Shown one piece after another: positions 60,042 through 60,798 of a stretch of DNA of 60,798 nucleotides. Numbering within the stretch: position 1 is the stretch's first letter; each line of letters opens with the position of its first letter. The DNA is from Alphaproteobacteria bacterium (GTDB taxonomy: Bacteria > Pseudomonadota > Alphaproteobacteria > MED-G09). The stretch covers positions 1 through 60,798 of the forward strand of contig JBJLFK010000001.1 of the NCBI GenBank assembly GCA_045565415.1. The letters are read 5' to 3'. Both the position numbers and the translations under genes were made by a program. Below the pieces are notes generated by a model, which ran no database searches, was not told where the DNA came from, and saw nothing but the letters and a program-made list of their open reading frames with translations.

Positions 60042-60798
60042 CTATGATATAAGTGAATCGACTTCATTTGCAAAATCTTCACTCTTTTTTTCAATTCCTT
60101 CGCCAAGGCCCATTCTAACAAACTCAGCAATTTTAACAGGTTTATCTAGAGAATTAAGAATATCTGAAATTTTACTCTCGCCATCAACAACAAAAATTTG
60201 CTCAAGAAGAACACTTTCCTGATAATATTTTTTTAATCTTCCCTCAGTCATTTTTTCAATTATTTCTTCAGGTTTACCAGTTGATCTAGCTTCTTCTGCT
60301 AAAATATTTTTTTCTCTCTCAAGTAAATCTAAAGGTATGTCCTCAACACTAATTGAAATTGGATTTGTTGCAGCAATATGCATAGCTATTTTTTTTCCTA
60401 AATCTTCTAAATGATTATTATCTGCTTCAGACTCTAGAGCAACTAAAACGCCAATTTTTCCCATACCTTCTGTAACCTGATTATGAATATATGATGAGAT
60501 TACTCCATTTGTAACAGAAATTTTATCAATTCTTCTTAAATTAATATTTTCACCAATAGACGCAATCATCTCCGTTATATAATCTTTTACCTTAATATCT
60601 TTATCTTCTAATTCTTTTTCTAGAAGATCTTCAAGATTATTACTTTTTGTCGATAAAATAGATAACTTCTTCACTATATTTTGGAAATCTTCATTCATAG
60701 CAACAAAATCCGTTTCGGAATTAACTTCAATTATTGAAGCAATATTATCAATTTTTTCAACTGCTATTAATCCTTCAGAAGCTATACGACCCTCTTTC
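60042..60798 (-). CDS. tsf: Elongation factor Ts (5' end outside the window)
   Basis: Frame stays open to the window edge: GRIASEGL...EVNSETDFVA, then IGENINLRR, AMHIAA. Confidence 0.96.
   Translation of the reverse strand, partial: KEGRIASEGLIAVEKIDNIASIIEVNSETDFVAMNEDFQNIVKKLSILSTKSNNLEDLLEKELEDKDIKVKDYITEMIASIGENINLRRIDKISVTNGVISSYIHNQVTEGMGKIGVLVALESEADNNHLEDLGKKIAMHIAATNPISISVEDIPLDLLEREKNILAEEARSTGKPEEIIEKMTEGRLKKYYQESVLLEQIFVVDGESKISDILNSLDKPVKIAEFVRMGLGEGIEKKSEDFANEVDSLIS

Noticed and set aside
1-60798. CRISPR arrays, IS elements, prophage, defence systems, rRNA
   Set aside because: No repeat-spacer periodicity, transposase, integrase, phage or rRNA sequence seen; all intergenic gaps are under ~150 bp

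Overview
Very AT-rich, densely packed core-genome segment of an alphaproteobacterium. Markers are lpxI, fused ispDF, GTTC-N7-GTTC LexA boxes, ntrBC and the rlpA-dacA-tmk-holB-metG block; the streamlining suggests a marine lineage (inference). It holds about 61 CDS and one tRNA-Ser(TGA). Main blocks: pccBA; TonB receptor/oppA; mazG-hfq-trkA; rlpA to metG; a small acyl-CoA/lipid catabolism cluster around the tRNA; ntrBC-ispDF-pgpA-cinA; tpiA-secG-pyrG-kdsA/queF/eno-ftsB-lipA; ppiD-trpEGDC-moaC-moeA-lexA-gltX-gltA; tsf to bamA-skp-lpxD-fabZ-lpxA-lpxI-lpxB. I saw no CRISPR array, IS, integrase or prophage. The best candidate for something undescribed is the remodelled ntrX-trkA-hfq locus. A stand-alone 71-aa Fis-like HTH matches only the C-terminus of NtrX, has its own strong RBS and has no ntrY, receiver or AAA+ domain. 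It is followed by trkA and an arginine-free Hfq whose proximal-face and rim RNA-binding residues are substituted. Other oddities: tandem NtrC boxes directly on ntrB (no dusB), no PDH genes between ftsB and lipA, GluRS lacking the zinc-binding segment, a metal-independent-type KdsA, a perfect 28-bp palindrome after lexA, and bamA with a one-base homopolymer frameshift (probably an assembly error) plus a ~70-aa Cys-containing loop. All family calls come from motif recognition by eye; no database searches were run.
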